This document shows positions 18,439 to 28,199 of a DNA stretch of 45,603 nucleotides, piece after piece. Below the pieces are notes generated by a model. It saw only the letters and a program-made list of their open reading frames with translations, did not search any database and was not told the origin of the DNA. The number at the start of each line of letters is the position of its first letter. Position 1 is the first letter of the stretch. The position numbers and the translations under genes are program-made. The stretch lies in assembly GCA_041580155.1 (NCBI GenBank), contig JBFGEI010000001.1, positions 1-45,603 of the forward strand, written 5' to 3'. Origin of the DNA: Limimaricola sp. GTDB taxonomy: Bacteria; Pseudomonadota; Alphaproteobacteria; Rhodobacterales; Rhodobacteraceae.

Positions 18439-18527
18439 TCGAAACCGCTGCAACCGGACCGCGGCGCGGCGCGTGTATTCGACCATCACCGGGGCAGTTC
18501 GCGCCGGATCGACTGGGAGACTAAAAC

Positions 18528-19097
18528 ATGTCCATCAAAGCACTTCTCGCCGGCACCGTTCTTGCCATCACCGCGTCGGCTGCCTCCGCCGAAAGCCACG
18601 CGATGGCCAACCCGATGGTCGGCGGCGCCGAGATGTTCGCCGACAAGAACATCGTCGAGAACGCGGTGAACTCGGCGGATCACACCACGCTGGTCGCCGC
18701 GGTTCAGGCCGCCGGCCTGGCCGAGACGCTGTCGGGCGAAGGTCCGTTCACCGTGTTCGCGCCGACCAACGACGCTTTCGCGGCGCTGCCCGAGGGCACC
18801 GTCGAAGAGCTGCTGCTGCCCGAGAACAAGGACCGGCTGACCCAGATCCTGACCTGCCACGTGGTTGCCGCCGACGCGATGTCGGATGCGATCAAGACGA
18901 TGGTCAAGGACGACGGCGGCTCGCATGAGGTCGAAACCGTCGGCGGCTGCAAGTTCAACGTCACCGAAGGCGAAGACGGCAGCGTCATGATCACCGATGG
19001 TCAGGACCGCACCGCGACCGTCACCATCGCCGACGTGAAGCAGTCGAACGGCGTGATCCACGTCATCGACACCGTGCTGCTGCCCGCGGTCGAGTAA
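18528..19097 (+). CDS. Secreted fasciclin (FAS1) domain protein
   Basis: Signal peptide, TLVAAVQAAGL, GPFTVFAPTNDAF, SNGVIHVIDTVLLP. Confidence 0.93.
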   Translation: MSIKALLAGTVLAITASAASAESHAMANPMVGGAEMFADKNIVENAVNSADHTTLVAAVQAAGLAETLSGEGPFTVFAPTNDAFAALPEGTVEELLLPENKDRLTQILTCHVVAADAMSDAIKTMVKDDGGSHEVETVGGCKFNVTEGEDGSVMITDGQDRTATVTIADVKQSNGVIHVIDTVLLPAVE

Positions 19098-19136
19098 TCT
19101 CGCGACCCGCGTCGGAGACCCGTCCCCGACATGCCT

Positions 19137-19172
19137 CGGCCCGCCGCGAAGTCCCGCGGCGGGCCGTTGCGT
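19137..19172 (+). terminator. Putative intrinsic terminator after the fasciclin gene
   Basis: 12-bp stem CGGCCCGCCGCG/CGCGGCGGGCCG with a 6-nt loop, followed by a weak T tract. Confidence 0.55.
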
Positions 19173-19595
19173 TCGCGCCGCAGGGCGCGCCGGAAATCGG
19201 CAGGTTTCCGGTCCATTTTCTTGATCAAGAAAATGTGCGCCCAGAAGCCTGCACGTTGCACCGGCAGCTGGCCGGGCACGAACACGCACCCAAGCCGGTC
19301 GCGGTTTGGCAGTGCCGCAATGACGGTCTGGCGGTCGTCGGATCTGGTCGACGTCGGGGGCGCACGGCCTAGCAGGACCACCAGTTGGCCCGACTGCCCG
19401 ACGCGGTTTGCCGACCGGTTCGGGCGGCTAGGTCGGCGGCCGTTTGGGTCGTGCGTGCGACCAGGACAGAAGCTAATAAGCCGCGACCTCGCCGCGCTCG
19501 CGCCTCGCGACATCGCGCCGCAACCCGGCCGCTGCCCCTTTTCAAACCCGGCGTCAGCGCGCATGTGTCCAATGTACAGGCACGGGAGCGCCCGC

Positions 19596-19997
19596 ATGAC
19601 CGACGAGACCCAAACCCGGAAGACAGAAACCGACGAGCGCCCGACCAAGCCGGCGGTGCTGCGCGGCTTTCGCCGGCGCTGCCCGAACTGCGGCGAAGGC
19701 TCGATGTTCCGCGGCTATCTCAAGGTGGTCGACCGCTGCCCGGTCTGCCGCGAGGAGCTGTCGCACCACCGCGCCGACGACGGCCCGGCCTACCTCACCA
19801 TCCTGATCGTCGGCCACCTGCTGGCGCCGGTCATTCATGTCGGCTTCACCCGGTTCCGCCCCGAGCCGCTGGTGATGGCCACGGTGCTCACCGTGCTGGC
19901 GGTCGCGCTGTCGCTCTACCTGCTGCCGCGGCTCAAGGGAGTCGTGGTCGGGATCCAGTGGGCGCGCCGGATGCACGGCTTCGGCCGCGCCGCCTGA
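19596..19997 (+). CDS. DUF983 zinc-finger membrane protein
   Basis: RCPNCGEG..F.GYLKV...CPVC, ADDGPAYLTI, LLPRLKG..VG.QW. Confidence 0.88.
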   Translation: MTDETQTRKTETDERPTKPAVLRGFRRRCPNCGEGSMFRGYLKVVDRCPVCREELSHHRADDGPAYLTILIVGHLLAPVIHVGFTRFRPEPLVMATVLTVLAVALSLYLLPRLKGVVVGIQWARRMHGFGRAA

Positions 19998-20668
19998 TGC
20001 CGACCGGTACCGCCGCGCAGCCGATCCGCGACGCCGCAACGCTGGTGTTGCTGCGTGACACCGACGACGGGCCGGCGGTGCTGATGGGCCGACGCGGCGA
20101 CGGCGCGGTGTTCATGCCGCGAAAATACGTGTTCCCCGGCGGCGCCGTCGATCCTGCCGACGGCACGGTTGCGCTCGCCGCGCCGCTGGCGCCCGGCTGC
20201 CTCGCCGATCTGGCCCAGGACAGCTTCTGCGCGCCCGCCGCGCTGGCGGCGGCGGCGATCCGCGAACTTTGGGAGGAAACCGGGCAGATCCTCGGCCGGC
20301 GCGCCGACTGGAGCGATCCGCCGCGCGGCTGGCGCGGCTTTGCCGCCAGCGGCCACCGGCCCGACGGCTCGATGCTGCGCTTCGTCTACCGCGCAATTAC
20401 CCCGCCGGGCCGGCCGCGGCGGTTCGACGCGCGGTTCTTCATGGCCAACGCCCGCGACCTGGTGTCGGATCCGGACGACTTTTCCGGCGCCGAGGACGAG
20501 CTTGGCCATTTGCATTGGGTCGCGATCGCCGAGGCGCGGCGGCTCGATCTGCCGGCGATCACCGGCATCGTGCTCGACGAGATCGAGGCGCGGCTGCGGG
20601 CACCGCTGGCGCCGCGCCAGGTGCCGTTCTTTCGCGGCGACAGCGACGAAGGCGCCGGCGCCGGCTGA
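19997..20668 (+). CDS. NUDIX hydrolase
   Basis: RDAATLVL, FMPRKYVFPGGAVD, AAIRELWEETG, ITPPGRPRRFDARFF. TGATG overlap with DUF983. Confidence 0.88.
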   Translation: MPTGTAAQPIRDAATLVLLRDTDDGPAVLMGRRGDGAVFMPRKYVFPGGAVDPADGTVALAAPLAPGCLADLAQDSFCAPAALAAAAIRELWEETGQILGRRADWSDPPRGWRGFAASGHRPDGSMLRFVYRAITPPGRPRRFDARFFMANARDLVSDPDDFSGAEDELGHLHWVAIAEARRLDLPAITGIVLDEIEARLRAPLAPRQVPFFRGDSDEGAGAG

Positions 20669-20671
20669 GCT

Positions 20672-22171
20672 TCAGTCCTCGGCGCCGTCGTCTTGGGCCT
20701 CGGGCGCCGGCTTGCGGCGACCGATCGCGGCACCGGCGCCTTCGGGCGGCGGCAGATGCTCCTGCGCCGCGAGGATCCGCGCCAGCCGTTCGGTCACCTC
20801 GACCGCCGGCGTCGAGGCGCGGCGGCTCTGCAGATCGACGTGGATCAGCATCTGCTCGGCTGTGGCGATCAGCTTCGAGTCGCTCCACATCCGGTGAAAC
20901 AGCTGCAGCTTGCGGCCCTCGGCCATCAGCAGCCTGGTGTCGATGTTGATCCGCGCCCCCACCCCGGCCTCGCCGAGATGGCGCAGGTGGGTTTCGGCGG
21001 TGAAGTAGCTTTCGCCCTGCGCGATCCGATCCTCGTCGATGCCGACAAGCGCCAGGAACCGGTCGGTCGCGGCGCCGAACGCCTCGAGAAACCGCACCTC
21101 GTTCATGTGGCCGTTGTGGTCGATCCAGTCCAGCGGCACCGCCCGGTCGCAGGTCGGCAGCGGCGCGGTCAGCGACATCGCGTCGAGGCTCGACGATGCC
21201 GGGTCGACGCGCCGGTCGGCGGCGTTCAGCAACCGCCCGGCGGCCCAGTCCTGCGCCTTCAGCCCGCGCAGGATCGACACCAGGTTGGTGTCGCGGATCC
21301 GCTCAAGCTGGGGCAGCGTCCACTGGCCGGATTGCGCGTCGGACTGGCTGGCGATCTTCTCAACCAATTCCTCGGTCAGCTCGGGCACGTCGGTCAGCTT
21401 GGTCCAGGGAAACTGCAGCGCCGGGCCGAACTGGGTCAAGAACTGCCGCATTCCGGCCTCGCCGCCGGCGATCCGGTAGGTCTCGAACAGGCCCATCTGC
21501 GCCCAGCGCAACCCGAAGCCGTAGCGGATCGCGTCGTCGATCTCCTCGGTGCTGGCGACGCCGTCGTTGACCAGCCAGAGCGCCTCGCGCCACACCGCTT
21601 CCAGCAGCCGGTCGCCGACATGCGCGTCGATCTCGCGCCGCAGGTGCAGCGGGTGGCAGCCGATGTCGCGCAGCGTGGCGCTGGTCTTCTCGATCCGCGC
21701 GGCGCCGGTTTCGGGGCTGGTGACCAGCTCGACCAGCGGCAGCAGGTAGACCGGGTTGAACGGATGCGCGACCACGATCTGGCCAGGCCGGGCCGCGCCC
21801 TGCTGCAGCTGCGACGGGCGGAACCCGCTGGTCGACGATCCGATCACCGCGGTGTCGTCGCAATCGGCCTGGATCTCGGCGAAGATGGCGTGCTTCAGCT
21901 CGAGCCGCTCGGGCACGCTTTCCTGGATCCACTCGGCACCGGCGACGGTGTCGGCGATGTCGTCATGAAAAGACAGGCTGCCTTCCTCGGGCAGCGCCAC
22001 ATCCCACAGGCCGGGCAGCGCGACGCGGGCGTTGTCGATCAGCGCGGCGATCCGCGCCTCGGCCTCTGGCGCGGTGTCGTGCACCCGGACGTCCCAGCCC
22101 ATCAGCAGGAACCGCGCCGCCCAGCCGCCGCCGATCTCCCCGCCGCCGATGATTGCCGCGGTTCGCGCCAT
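20672..22171 (-). CDS. L-carnitine 3-dehydrogenase fused to a thioesterase domain
   Basis: GGGEIGGGW Rossmann motif, QESVPE, SSTSG, HPFNPVYLLPLVE, DRLLEAVWRE, GFGLRWAQMG. C-terminal hot-dog domain DWIDHNGHMNE. Confidence 0.85.
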   Translation of the reverse strand: MARTAAIIGGGEIGGGWAARFLLMGWDVRVHDTAPEAEARIAALIDNARVALPGLWDVALPEEGSLSFHDDIADTVAGAEWIQESVPERLELKHAIFAEIQADCDDTAVIGSSTSGFRPSQLQQGAARPGQIVVAHPFNPVYLLPLVELVTSPETGAARIEKTSATLRDIGCHPLHLRREIDAHVGDRLLEAVWREALWLVNDGVASTEEIDDAIRYGFGLRWAQMGLFETYRIAGGEAGMRQFLTQFGPALQFPWTKLTDVPELTEELVEKIASQSDAQSGQWTLPQLERIRDTNLVSILRGLKAQDWAAGRLLNAADRRVDPASSSLDAMSLTAPLPTCDRAVPLDWIDHNGHMNEVRFLEAFGAATDRFLALVGIDEDRIAQGESYFTAETHLRHLGEAGVGARINIDTRLLMAEGRKLQLFHRMWSDSKLIATAEQMLIHVDLQSRRASTPAVEVTERLARILAAQEHLPPPEGAGAAIGRRKPAPEAQDDGAED

Positions 22172-22172
22172 C

Positions 22173-22721
22173 TCAGCCCCCTGTCGCGACGACCAGCGCC
22201 CCGGTGTCATATCCGTTGAAATCGAGCATCTCGCGCGCCGCGCGGGTGCGGTCGCCGCTGGCGGCGCCGGGCCGGTTCATGATCCAGCCGATGCCGCCGT
22301 CGGGCTGGCCGATGACCGCGGTGCGGAAGGTGTCGTCGGTCCACAGCAGCCACCAGACCTCGGTGCCGACCTTCCAGCGCCCGGCGCCCAGCGCGCTGAC
22401 CGGCAGCAGCCGGGCGGTGCCGTCGCTGGTGACCCGCGCGACGCCGGCGCCGCTGCCGTCAAGCTGCAGCGTCAGCCGGTCGCCGGGCTGCACCACCCCG
22501 CCGGGATAGCCGCTGGCCACCTGCCAGTCGCCGTTGAGATCCGCGGCGGTGCCGCGCAGCGTCGAGCCGATCGGCGCCCCGGCGGTGCGAAAGCTGACCG
22601 CGGGCTCGGGGACGACCCCGGCCTTGCCGCAGGCCGCCAGCAGCAGCGCCAGGCCCAAAGCCTTCAGGCGGTTGCCCGTGCGGCGGGTGTTTGGGGAAAA
22701 TCGGTCGGTGATCGGCGGCAT
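22173..22721 (-). CDS. Lipocalin-family lipoprotein
   Basis: Lipobox LLAAC, GDWQVAS, WWLLWTDDTFRTAVIG, GWIMNR, NGYD. Confidence 0.78.
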   Translation of the reverse strand: MPPITDRFSPNTRRTGNRLKALGLALLLAACGKAGVVPEPAVSFRTAGAPIGSTLRGTAADLNGDWQVASGYPGGVVQPGDRLTLQLDGSGAGVARVTSDGTARLLPVSALGAGRWKVGTEVWWLLWTDDTFRTAVIGQPDGGIGWIMNRPGAASGDRTRAAREMLDFNGYDTGALVVATGG

Positions 22722-22831
22722 CGTGCTCTCCCGGGGAGGATGGTCGCGGCGGCGCACCTGCTGGCGCACCTGCCGCCGTAGGATGCCGGGCGGTCGCAGC
22801 TCGTCGAGCCTGCCACCGCCCGGCGCCGGTC

Positions 22832-23872
22832 TCAATAGGGCATCGGATGCGCCTTGTGGATGTCGTCGATCGCCGCGATCACCCCGGCGTCGAGCTCGAC
22901 CTCGGTGCCGGCGAGGATCCGCGCCAGCTGGTCGGTCGAGCTGGCGCCGAAGATCGGGCAGTTCGGGAACGGCCGGCTGCGATGCCAGGCCAGCGCCATG
23001 TGCACCGGGTCGAGCCCGTGCTGCGCCGCCAGATCGAGATAGGCCTGGGTCGCCGCGCGCACCCGCGCCGACATCCGGCCGCCGAGATCGCCGTTGATCG
23101 ACAGGCGCGAGCCCTCCGGAATGCCGGTCTGGTACTTGCCGGTGAGAAAACCGCAGGCCAGCGGCGAATAGCCCAGCAGGGTCACGTCCTCGTTGACGCC
23201 CATCTCGGCCATGTCGGTGTCATAGAGCCGGCACAGCAGCGAATATTCGTTCTGCACCGACATCACCCGCGGGCCGCCGGTGGCCTCGGCGCGGTCGATC
23301 CAGCGGGTGGTGCCCCAGCAGCTTTCGTTCGACAGGCCGAAGGCGCGGATCTTGCCCTCGGAGACCAGCGCCGCCAGCTCGGTCAGCACGCCATCCATGT
23401 GGTCGCGGGTCCGCGCGGCGTTCTGGCCCGAGGGGTCGAAGCTCCAGTACTGGCGGAAGTGGTACGAGCCGCGCTCGGGCCAGTGCAGCTGGTACAGGTC
23501 GATGACCTCGGTCTGCAGCCGCTTCAGCGACCCTTCGACGATGCTGCGGATGTTGCCGCTGTCGTAGCCATGGCCGTCGCGGACCCAGCCCGGGTTCGGA
23601 CCTGAGGCCTTTGTGGCGATCACCACCTCGTCGCGGCGGCCGGATTTCGCGATCCAGTTGCCGACGATCTGCTCGGTGCGGCCGACGGTCTCGGCCTTGA
23701 CCGGGTTGACCGGATACATCTCGGCGGTGTCGATGAAGTCGATGCCGGCCTCGAGCGCCATGTCGATCTGCCGGTGGCCGTCGTCTTCCGGGGTCTGGCT
23801 GCCCATGGTCATGGTGCCGAGGCACCATTCGCTGACCTCGATGTCGCTGCGCCCGAGCTTGATCCGTTTCAT
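22832..23872 (-). CDS. Aldo/keto reductase (Tas-like)
   Basis: [53 protein letters not shown]. Confidence 0.92.
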   Translation of the reverse strand: MKRIKLGRSDIEVSEWCLGTMTMGSQTPEDDGHRQIDMALEAGIDFIDTAEMYPVNPVKAETVGRTEQIVGNWIAKSGRRDEVVIATKASGPNPGWVRDGHGYDSGNIRSIVEGSLKRLQTEVIDLYQLHWPERGSYHFRQYWSFDPSGQNAARTRDHMDGVLTELAALVSEGKIRAFGLSNESCWGTTRWIDRAEATGGPRVMSVQNEYSLLCRLYDTDMAEMGVNEDVTLLGYSPLACGFLTGKYQTGIPEGSRLSINGDLGGRMSARVRAATQAYLDLAAQHGLDPVHMALAWHRSRPFPNCPIFGASSTDQLARILAGTEVELDAGVIAAIDDIHKAHPMPY

Positions 23873-24058
23873 GTGTGGTCTCCTGTTCAAGTGGCGAGAG
23901 CTAGCGCGCCTTTGCTGGCGCGACAAGCCGAGGCCCGGCGCATCGCGGGCGCATCGCCCCGGCGGCACCACGGCCACGGCGCCGCCGATCGGGCGGCTCT
24001 GGCCCTTCGGCGCGCGGACCAGTATGGGGATCGGGACGCAGCGAAGGACGAACCCAGC

Positions 24059-25771
24059 ATGGCACGGCATCTCATCACCTCGGCCATCCCGTACATCAAC
24101 GGGATCAAGCACCTGGGCAACCTGGTGGGCAGCCAGCTGCCGGCCGACCTGTTCGCCCGCTACCAGCGCGGCCGCGGCGCCGAGGTGCTGTTTCTCTGCG
24201 CCACCGACGAACATGGCACCCCGGCCGAGCTGGCCGCCGCCAAGGCCGGCAAGCCGGTCGCCGAATATTGTGCCGAGATGCACCAGACCCAGGCCCGCAT
24301 CGCCGAGGGCTTCCGGCTGTCCTTCGACCATTTCGGTCGTTCCTCGAGCCCGCAGAACCACCGGCTGACGCAGCATTTCGCGGCCCGGCTGGATGCCGCG
24401 GGGCTGATCGAGGAACACCTCGAGACCCAGATCTACTCCAAGGCCGACGGCCGCTACCTGCCGGACCGCTACATCGAGGGCACCTGCCCGAACTGCGGTT
24501 TCGAAAGCGCCCGCGGCGACCAGTGCGACAACTGCACCAAGCAGCTCGACCCGATCGACCTGATCGAGCCGCGCTCGGTGATCTCGGGGTCCACCGAACT
24601 CGAGCCGCGCGAGACCAAGCACCTTTACCTGCGGCAAAGCCAGATGCGCGCCGACCTGCAGCGCTGGATCGACAGCAAGACCGACTGGCCGATCCTCACC
24701 ACCTCGATCGCCAAGAAGTGGCTGAACGACGGCGATGGGCTGCAGGACCGCGGCATCACCCGCGATCTCGACTGGGGAATCCCGGTCAGGAAGGGCGACG
24801 CCGACTGGCCCGGCATGGAAGGCAAGGTGTTCTACGTCTGGTTCGACGCGCCGGTGGAATACATCGCCTGCGCCCAGGAATGGGTCGACGCCGGCAAGGG
24901 CGAGGACTGGCAGCGCTGGTGGCGCACCGACAAGGGCGCCGACGACGTGCGCTACACCCAGTTCATGGGCAAGGACAACGTGCCGTTCCACACCCTGTCG
25001 TTCCCGGCGACGATCCTCGGCTCGGGCGAGCCGTGGAAGCTGGTCGATTACATCAAGTCGTTCAACTACCTGAACTACGACGGCGGCCAGTTCTCGACCT
25101 CGCGCGGGCGCGGCGTGTTCATGGACCAGGCGCTCGAGGTGCTGCCGTCGGACTACTGGCGCTGGTGGCTGCTGAGCCACGCGCCGGAAAGCTCGGACAG
25201 CGAGTTCACCTGGGAGAATTTCCAGGCTTCGGTGAACAAGGACCTGGCCGACGTGCTGGGCAATTTCGTCAGTCGGGTCACCAAGTTCTGCCGCTCGAAA
25301 TTCGGCGAGGAGATCCCCGCCGGCGGTGCCTACGGCGCCCGCGAGGAAAAGCTGATCGCCGAGCTGGAGATCCGGGTCCGGGCCTACGAGGGCCACATGG
25401 ACGCGATCGAGGTGCGCAAATCCGCCGCCGAGCTGCGCGCGATCTGGGCCGCCGGCAACGAATACCTGCAGGACGCAGCACCCTGGGCTGCGTTCAAGAC
25501 CGACCCCGAGGCGGCGGCGATGCAGGTCCGTCTCGCGCTCAACTTGATCCGGCTCTACGCGGTGCTGTCGGCGCCGTTCATCCCCGATGCCAGCGGCCAG
25601 CTGCTGGCGGCGATGAAGACCGACGACGACGCCTGGCCCGGCGACATCGGCGCGGCGCTGGCGACGCTGCCGGTCGGCCATGGCTTCGAAGTGCCCGAGG
25701 TGACCTTCCGCAAGATCACCGACGAAGAGCGCGAAGCATGGAACACCCGGTTCTCCGGCACCCGCGACTGA
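24059..25771 (+). CDS. metG: Methionyl-tRNA synthetase
   Basis: PYING..HLGN, ATDEHG, CPNC/CDNC knuckle, [21 protein letters not shown] (KMSKS equivalent). Confidence 0.96.
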   Translation: MARHLITSAIPYINGIKHLGNLVGSQLPADLFARYQRGRGAEVLFLCATDEHGTPAELAAAKAGKPVAEYCAEMHQTQARIAEGFRLSFDHFGRSSSPQNHRLTQHFAARLDAAGLIEEHLETQIYSKADGRYLPDRYIEGTCPNCGFESARGDQCDNCTKQLDPIDLIEPRSVISGSTELEPRETKHLYLRQSQMRADLQRWIDSKTDWPILTTSIAKKWLNDGDGLQDRGITRDLDWGIPVRKGDADWPGMEGKVFYVWFDAPVEYIACAQEWVDAGKGEDWQRWWRTDKGADDVRYTQFMGKDNVPFHTLSFPATILGSGEPWKLVDYIKSFNYLNYDGGQFSTSRGRGVFMDQALEVLPSDYWRWWLLSHAPESSDSEFTWENFQASVNKDLADVLGNFVSRVTKFCRSKFGEEIPAGGAYGAREEKLIAELEIRVRAYEGHMDAIEVRKSAAELRAIWAAGNEYLQDAAPWAAFKTDPEAAAMQVRLALNLIRLYAVLSAPFIPDASGQLLAAMKTDDDAWPGDIGAALATLPVGHGFEVPEVTFRKITDEEREAWNTRFSGTRD

Positions 25772-25832
25772 CCGCTTCCGCACCGCGCCGATCCGCGGCA
25801 GGATGGCACGGGATGGCGGCTGGAGGCGCAAC

Positions 25833-26429
25833 GTGGCGAAACCTTCGGACACCGCGGCCGAGGAGATCGAGATCGCCTCGGCCGAGGCGCTGCACGACTG
25901 GCTGTCGCGCAACCATGCGCGCGACGCCGGCGTCTGGATCGTGATCGGCAAGAAGGCCGCCGGCGCCCGCTACCTGCCGGTCGGCGAGGTGATCCGCGCC
26001 TGCCTGGCCTGGGGCTGGGTCGACAGCATGTCGCGCGGCAAGGACGAATTGCACACCATGCTGCGGATCGCGCCGCGCCGGGCCGGGTCGGCCTGGTCGC
26101 GGATCAACAAGGACCACGTCGCGGCGCTTCAGGCGCAGGGCGCGATGCGGGCACCGGGCGCCGCGGCGGTGGCGCGAGCGATGCAGGATGGCAGCTGGAG
26201 CGCGCTCGACGAGGTCGAGGCGGGGCTGGTGCCGCCGGATCTCGCGGCGGCCCTGGCGGCGCAGCCGGGTCTGCGCGAGACCTGGGACGGCTACCCCCGA
26301 TCGGTGATCCGCACCGCCCTGGAACGGCTTGCCACGGCGAAGACCCAAGCGACCCGCGACAAGCGGTTGCAGCTGATCGTCGAAGCCGCCGCCGCCGGGC
26401 GCAGGCCGTTCCAGCGCGACGGCGGCTGA
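25833..26429 (+). CDS. YdeI/OmpD-associated family protein
   Basis: SD GGAGG with GTG start. WL..NH, LAWGWVDS, PRRAGSAWSRINK, VPPDLAAAL, AKTQATRDKR. Confidence 0.85.
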   Translation: MAKPSDTAAEEIEIASAEALHDWLSRNHARDAGVWIVIGKKAAGARYLPVGEVIRACLAWGWVDSMSRGKDELHTMLRIAPRRAGSAWSRINKDHVAALQAQGAMRAPGAAAVARAMQDGSWSALDEVEAGLVPPDLAAALAAQPGLRETWDGYPRSVIRTALERLATAKTQATRDKRLQLIVEAAAAGRRPFQRDGG

Positions 26430-26439
26430 TACCGCGGAT

Positions 26440-26497
26440 GGGGGCGCTGCCCCCGCCGCTGACGCGGCTCCCCCGGCGTAGTTGAAGGACAAAGTAG
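26440..26497 (-). repeat. Short intergenic repeat, extended palindromic copy
   Basis: Minus strand reads CTACTTTGTCCTTCAACTACGCCGGGGGAGCCGCGTCAGCGGCGGGGGCAGCGCCCCC: the shared core plus GC hairpins. Confidence 0.65.
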
Positions 26498-26629
26498 CAG
26501 GGGGCGGTCCGGGCCGGACCGGTGGCGCGCGGGAACTCCGCCGAGCCCCGCGTTCAGCGTTGTTCTGCCCGACTGCCGTGCTATTTTGAACGCCAGACCG
26601 CGTGATCAACAGCTTTCGGGAGCCCTGCC

Positions 26630-27433
26630 TTGCGTCCATTTATTTCCAGCCTTCTTGCCCTCGGTCTTGGGATCGTTGCCGCCGGCAGCGCCGCCGCCGC
26701 CAGCTGCGGCAACGACGCCGGCGGCTTCGAGCGCTGGAAGCAGGAGTTCGGCGCCGAGGCGGCGGCGCAGGGCGTCGGCGCAGCCGGGCTGCAGGCGCTG
26801 GCCGCGACCAGCTATGCGCAGCGCACGATCAACGCCGACCGCAACCAGAAGAGCTTTCGCTACGAGCTTGACGAATTCATGCGGATTCGCGGCGCTGAGA
26901 CGATCATCCGCCAGGGCCGCGACCGGATCGCCTCGAACCCGCAGCTCTACGCGTCGCTCGAGCAGGCTTACGGCGTGCCGGCCAGCGTCGTCGTGGCGAT
27001 CCACGGGATGGAGACCGGCTTCGGCAACTTCATGGGCGATTCCAACGTGCTCTCGGCGATCTCGACGCTGGCCTACGATTGCCGCAGGTCTGAGTTCTTC
27101 AGCGGCCACGCGCTGGCGGCGCTGATGCTGGTCGACCGCGGCGCGATCAGCGCCAACTCGATCGGCGCGATGCATGGCGAGTTGGGCCACACCCAGTTCC
27201 TGCCCGGCAACATCCTGAGCTACGGCGTCGACGGCGACGGCAACGGCCGGGTCGATCTGTCCAACCTGACCGACGCGCTGGCGTCGACCGCGAACTTCCT
27301 GCGGCAGAAGGGCTGGCAACCGGGACAGGGCTACCAGCAGGGGCAACCGAATTTCGCGGTGATCGAGCAATGGAACGCGGCCACGGTCTACCAGCAGGCG
27401 ATCGCCCACATGGCCGGAAGGATCGACAGCTGA
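26630..27433 (+). CDS. Lytic murein transglycosylase (MltB/SLT_2 family)
   Basis: Signal peptide, YGVP..VVVAIHGMETGFG, LAYDCRR, GELGHTQFLP, DGDGNGRVDL, STANFL...GW. Confidence 0.9.
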   Translation: MRPFISSLLALGLGIVAAGSAAAASCGNDAGGFERWKQEFGAEAAAQGVGAAGLQALAATSYAQRTINADRNQKSFRYELDEFMRIRGAETIIRQGRDRIASNPQLYASLEQAYGVPASVVVAIHGMETGFGNFMGDSNVLSAISTLAYDCRRSEFFSGHALAALMLVDRGAISANSIGAMHGELGHTQFLPGNILSYGVDGDGNGRVDLSNLTDALASTANFLRQKGWQPGQGYQQGQPNFAVIEQWNAATVYQQAIAHMAGRIDS

Positions 27434-27442
27434 GCCTGCGGT

Positions 27443-27526
27443 TGGTGCCCACGGCGGGAGTCGAACCCGCACGACCGAAGCCAGAAGATTTTAAGTCTCC
27501 AGTGTCTACCATTCCACCACGCGGGC
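27443..27526 (-). tRNA. tRNA-Leu (anticodon TAA)
   Basis: GCCCGCGTGGTGGAATGGTAGACACTGGAGACTTAAAATCTTCTGGCTTCGGTCGTGCGGGTTCGACTCCCGCCGTGGGCACCA, with a long variable arm and encoded CCA. Confidence 0.96.
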
Positions 27527-27576
27527 ACGCCGCGAGACTTACGCCGCCGGGCCGGCGCGGTAAAGCGTCGGGTCGC

Positions 27577-28125
27577 CTAGAGATCGGTGCCCGGCGGCAC
27601 CCGCAGCAGCGCCCGCTCTGGCAGCCAGGGGTTGCGGTCGAGCGCCTCGCGCAGCGCCCCTTGGGCGGCCAGGTCGCGGCCCAGCCCCAGCAGCGCCAGC
27701 GCCCGTCCCGAAAGCGCCCCGACATGCGCCGGCTCGAGTTCGAGCGCCCGTTCGAGATCGGCCAGCGAGGCGGCGAAGTCGTGCCGCAGGAAATGCACGA
27801 AGGCGCGCTGGTTCCAGCCCTCGGCGAAGCCCGGGCAGTACGCGACGAGATCGTCGAGCAGATCGGCAGCGCCGCCGAGGTCGCCCAGCACCCGGCGCTG
27901 CATGCCGTCATCGAGCAGCCGTTGCGACCGGTCGTCGGGCGCGTCGGTCCAGATTTGCCACAGCGCCGCGGTCAGCCGCTGCGCCGTGGCCGGATCGGGC
28001 GCCACCGCCAGCCGGTCGAGCAACGGCGCCATTTCCTCGGACCGGTCGGGCAGCGGCGGGCAGCCCTGCGCCGTGGCGGCGCCGGACGCGACCACGAGCA
28101 TCAGGGCGAGGATCTGCGGGCGCAT
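27577..28125 (-). CDS. TPR-repeat protein (possibly exported)
   Basis: Signal-like N-terminus, LWQIW, PGFAEGWNQRA, LELEPAHVGALSGRA, AL..NPWL. Confidence 0.82.
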   Translation of the reverse strand: MRPQILALMLVVASGAATAQGCPPLPDRSEEMAPLLDRLAVAPDPATAQRLTAALWQIWTDAPDDRSQRLLDDGMQRRVLGDLGGAADLLDDLVAYCPGFAEGWNQRAFVHFLRHDFAASLADLERALELEPAHVGALSGRALALLGLGRDLAAQGALREALDRNPWLPERALLRVPPGTDL

Positions 28126-28199
28126 GGTTCATGCTGCGCCCCGGCCCGTGGCCGCGTCAACCCCGCGGCGCCGCCCCACCCCGGCCGGGAGACCCGCTG

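Noticed and set aside
22832-25951. 1039-aa minus-strand ORF suggesting a giant AKR fusion
   Set aside because: Only the last 346 aa (from ATG 23872, which has an SD) are the aldo/keto reductase. The rest is the stop-free antisense frame of metG, common at high GC.
27400-27600. tRNA-Leu and tRNA-His as possible integration sites for a genomic island
   Set aside because: I saw no integrase, no duplicated tRNA 3' end and no compositional shift. The flanking genes are ordinary chromosomal genes.
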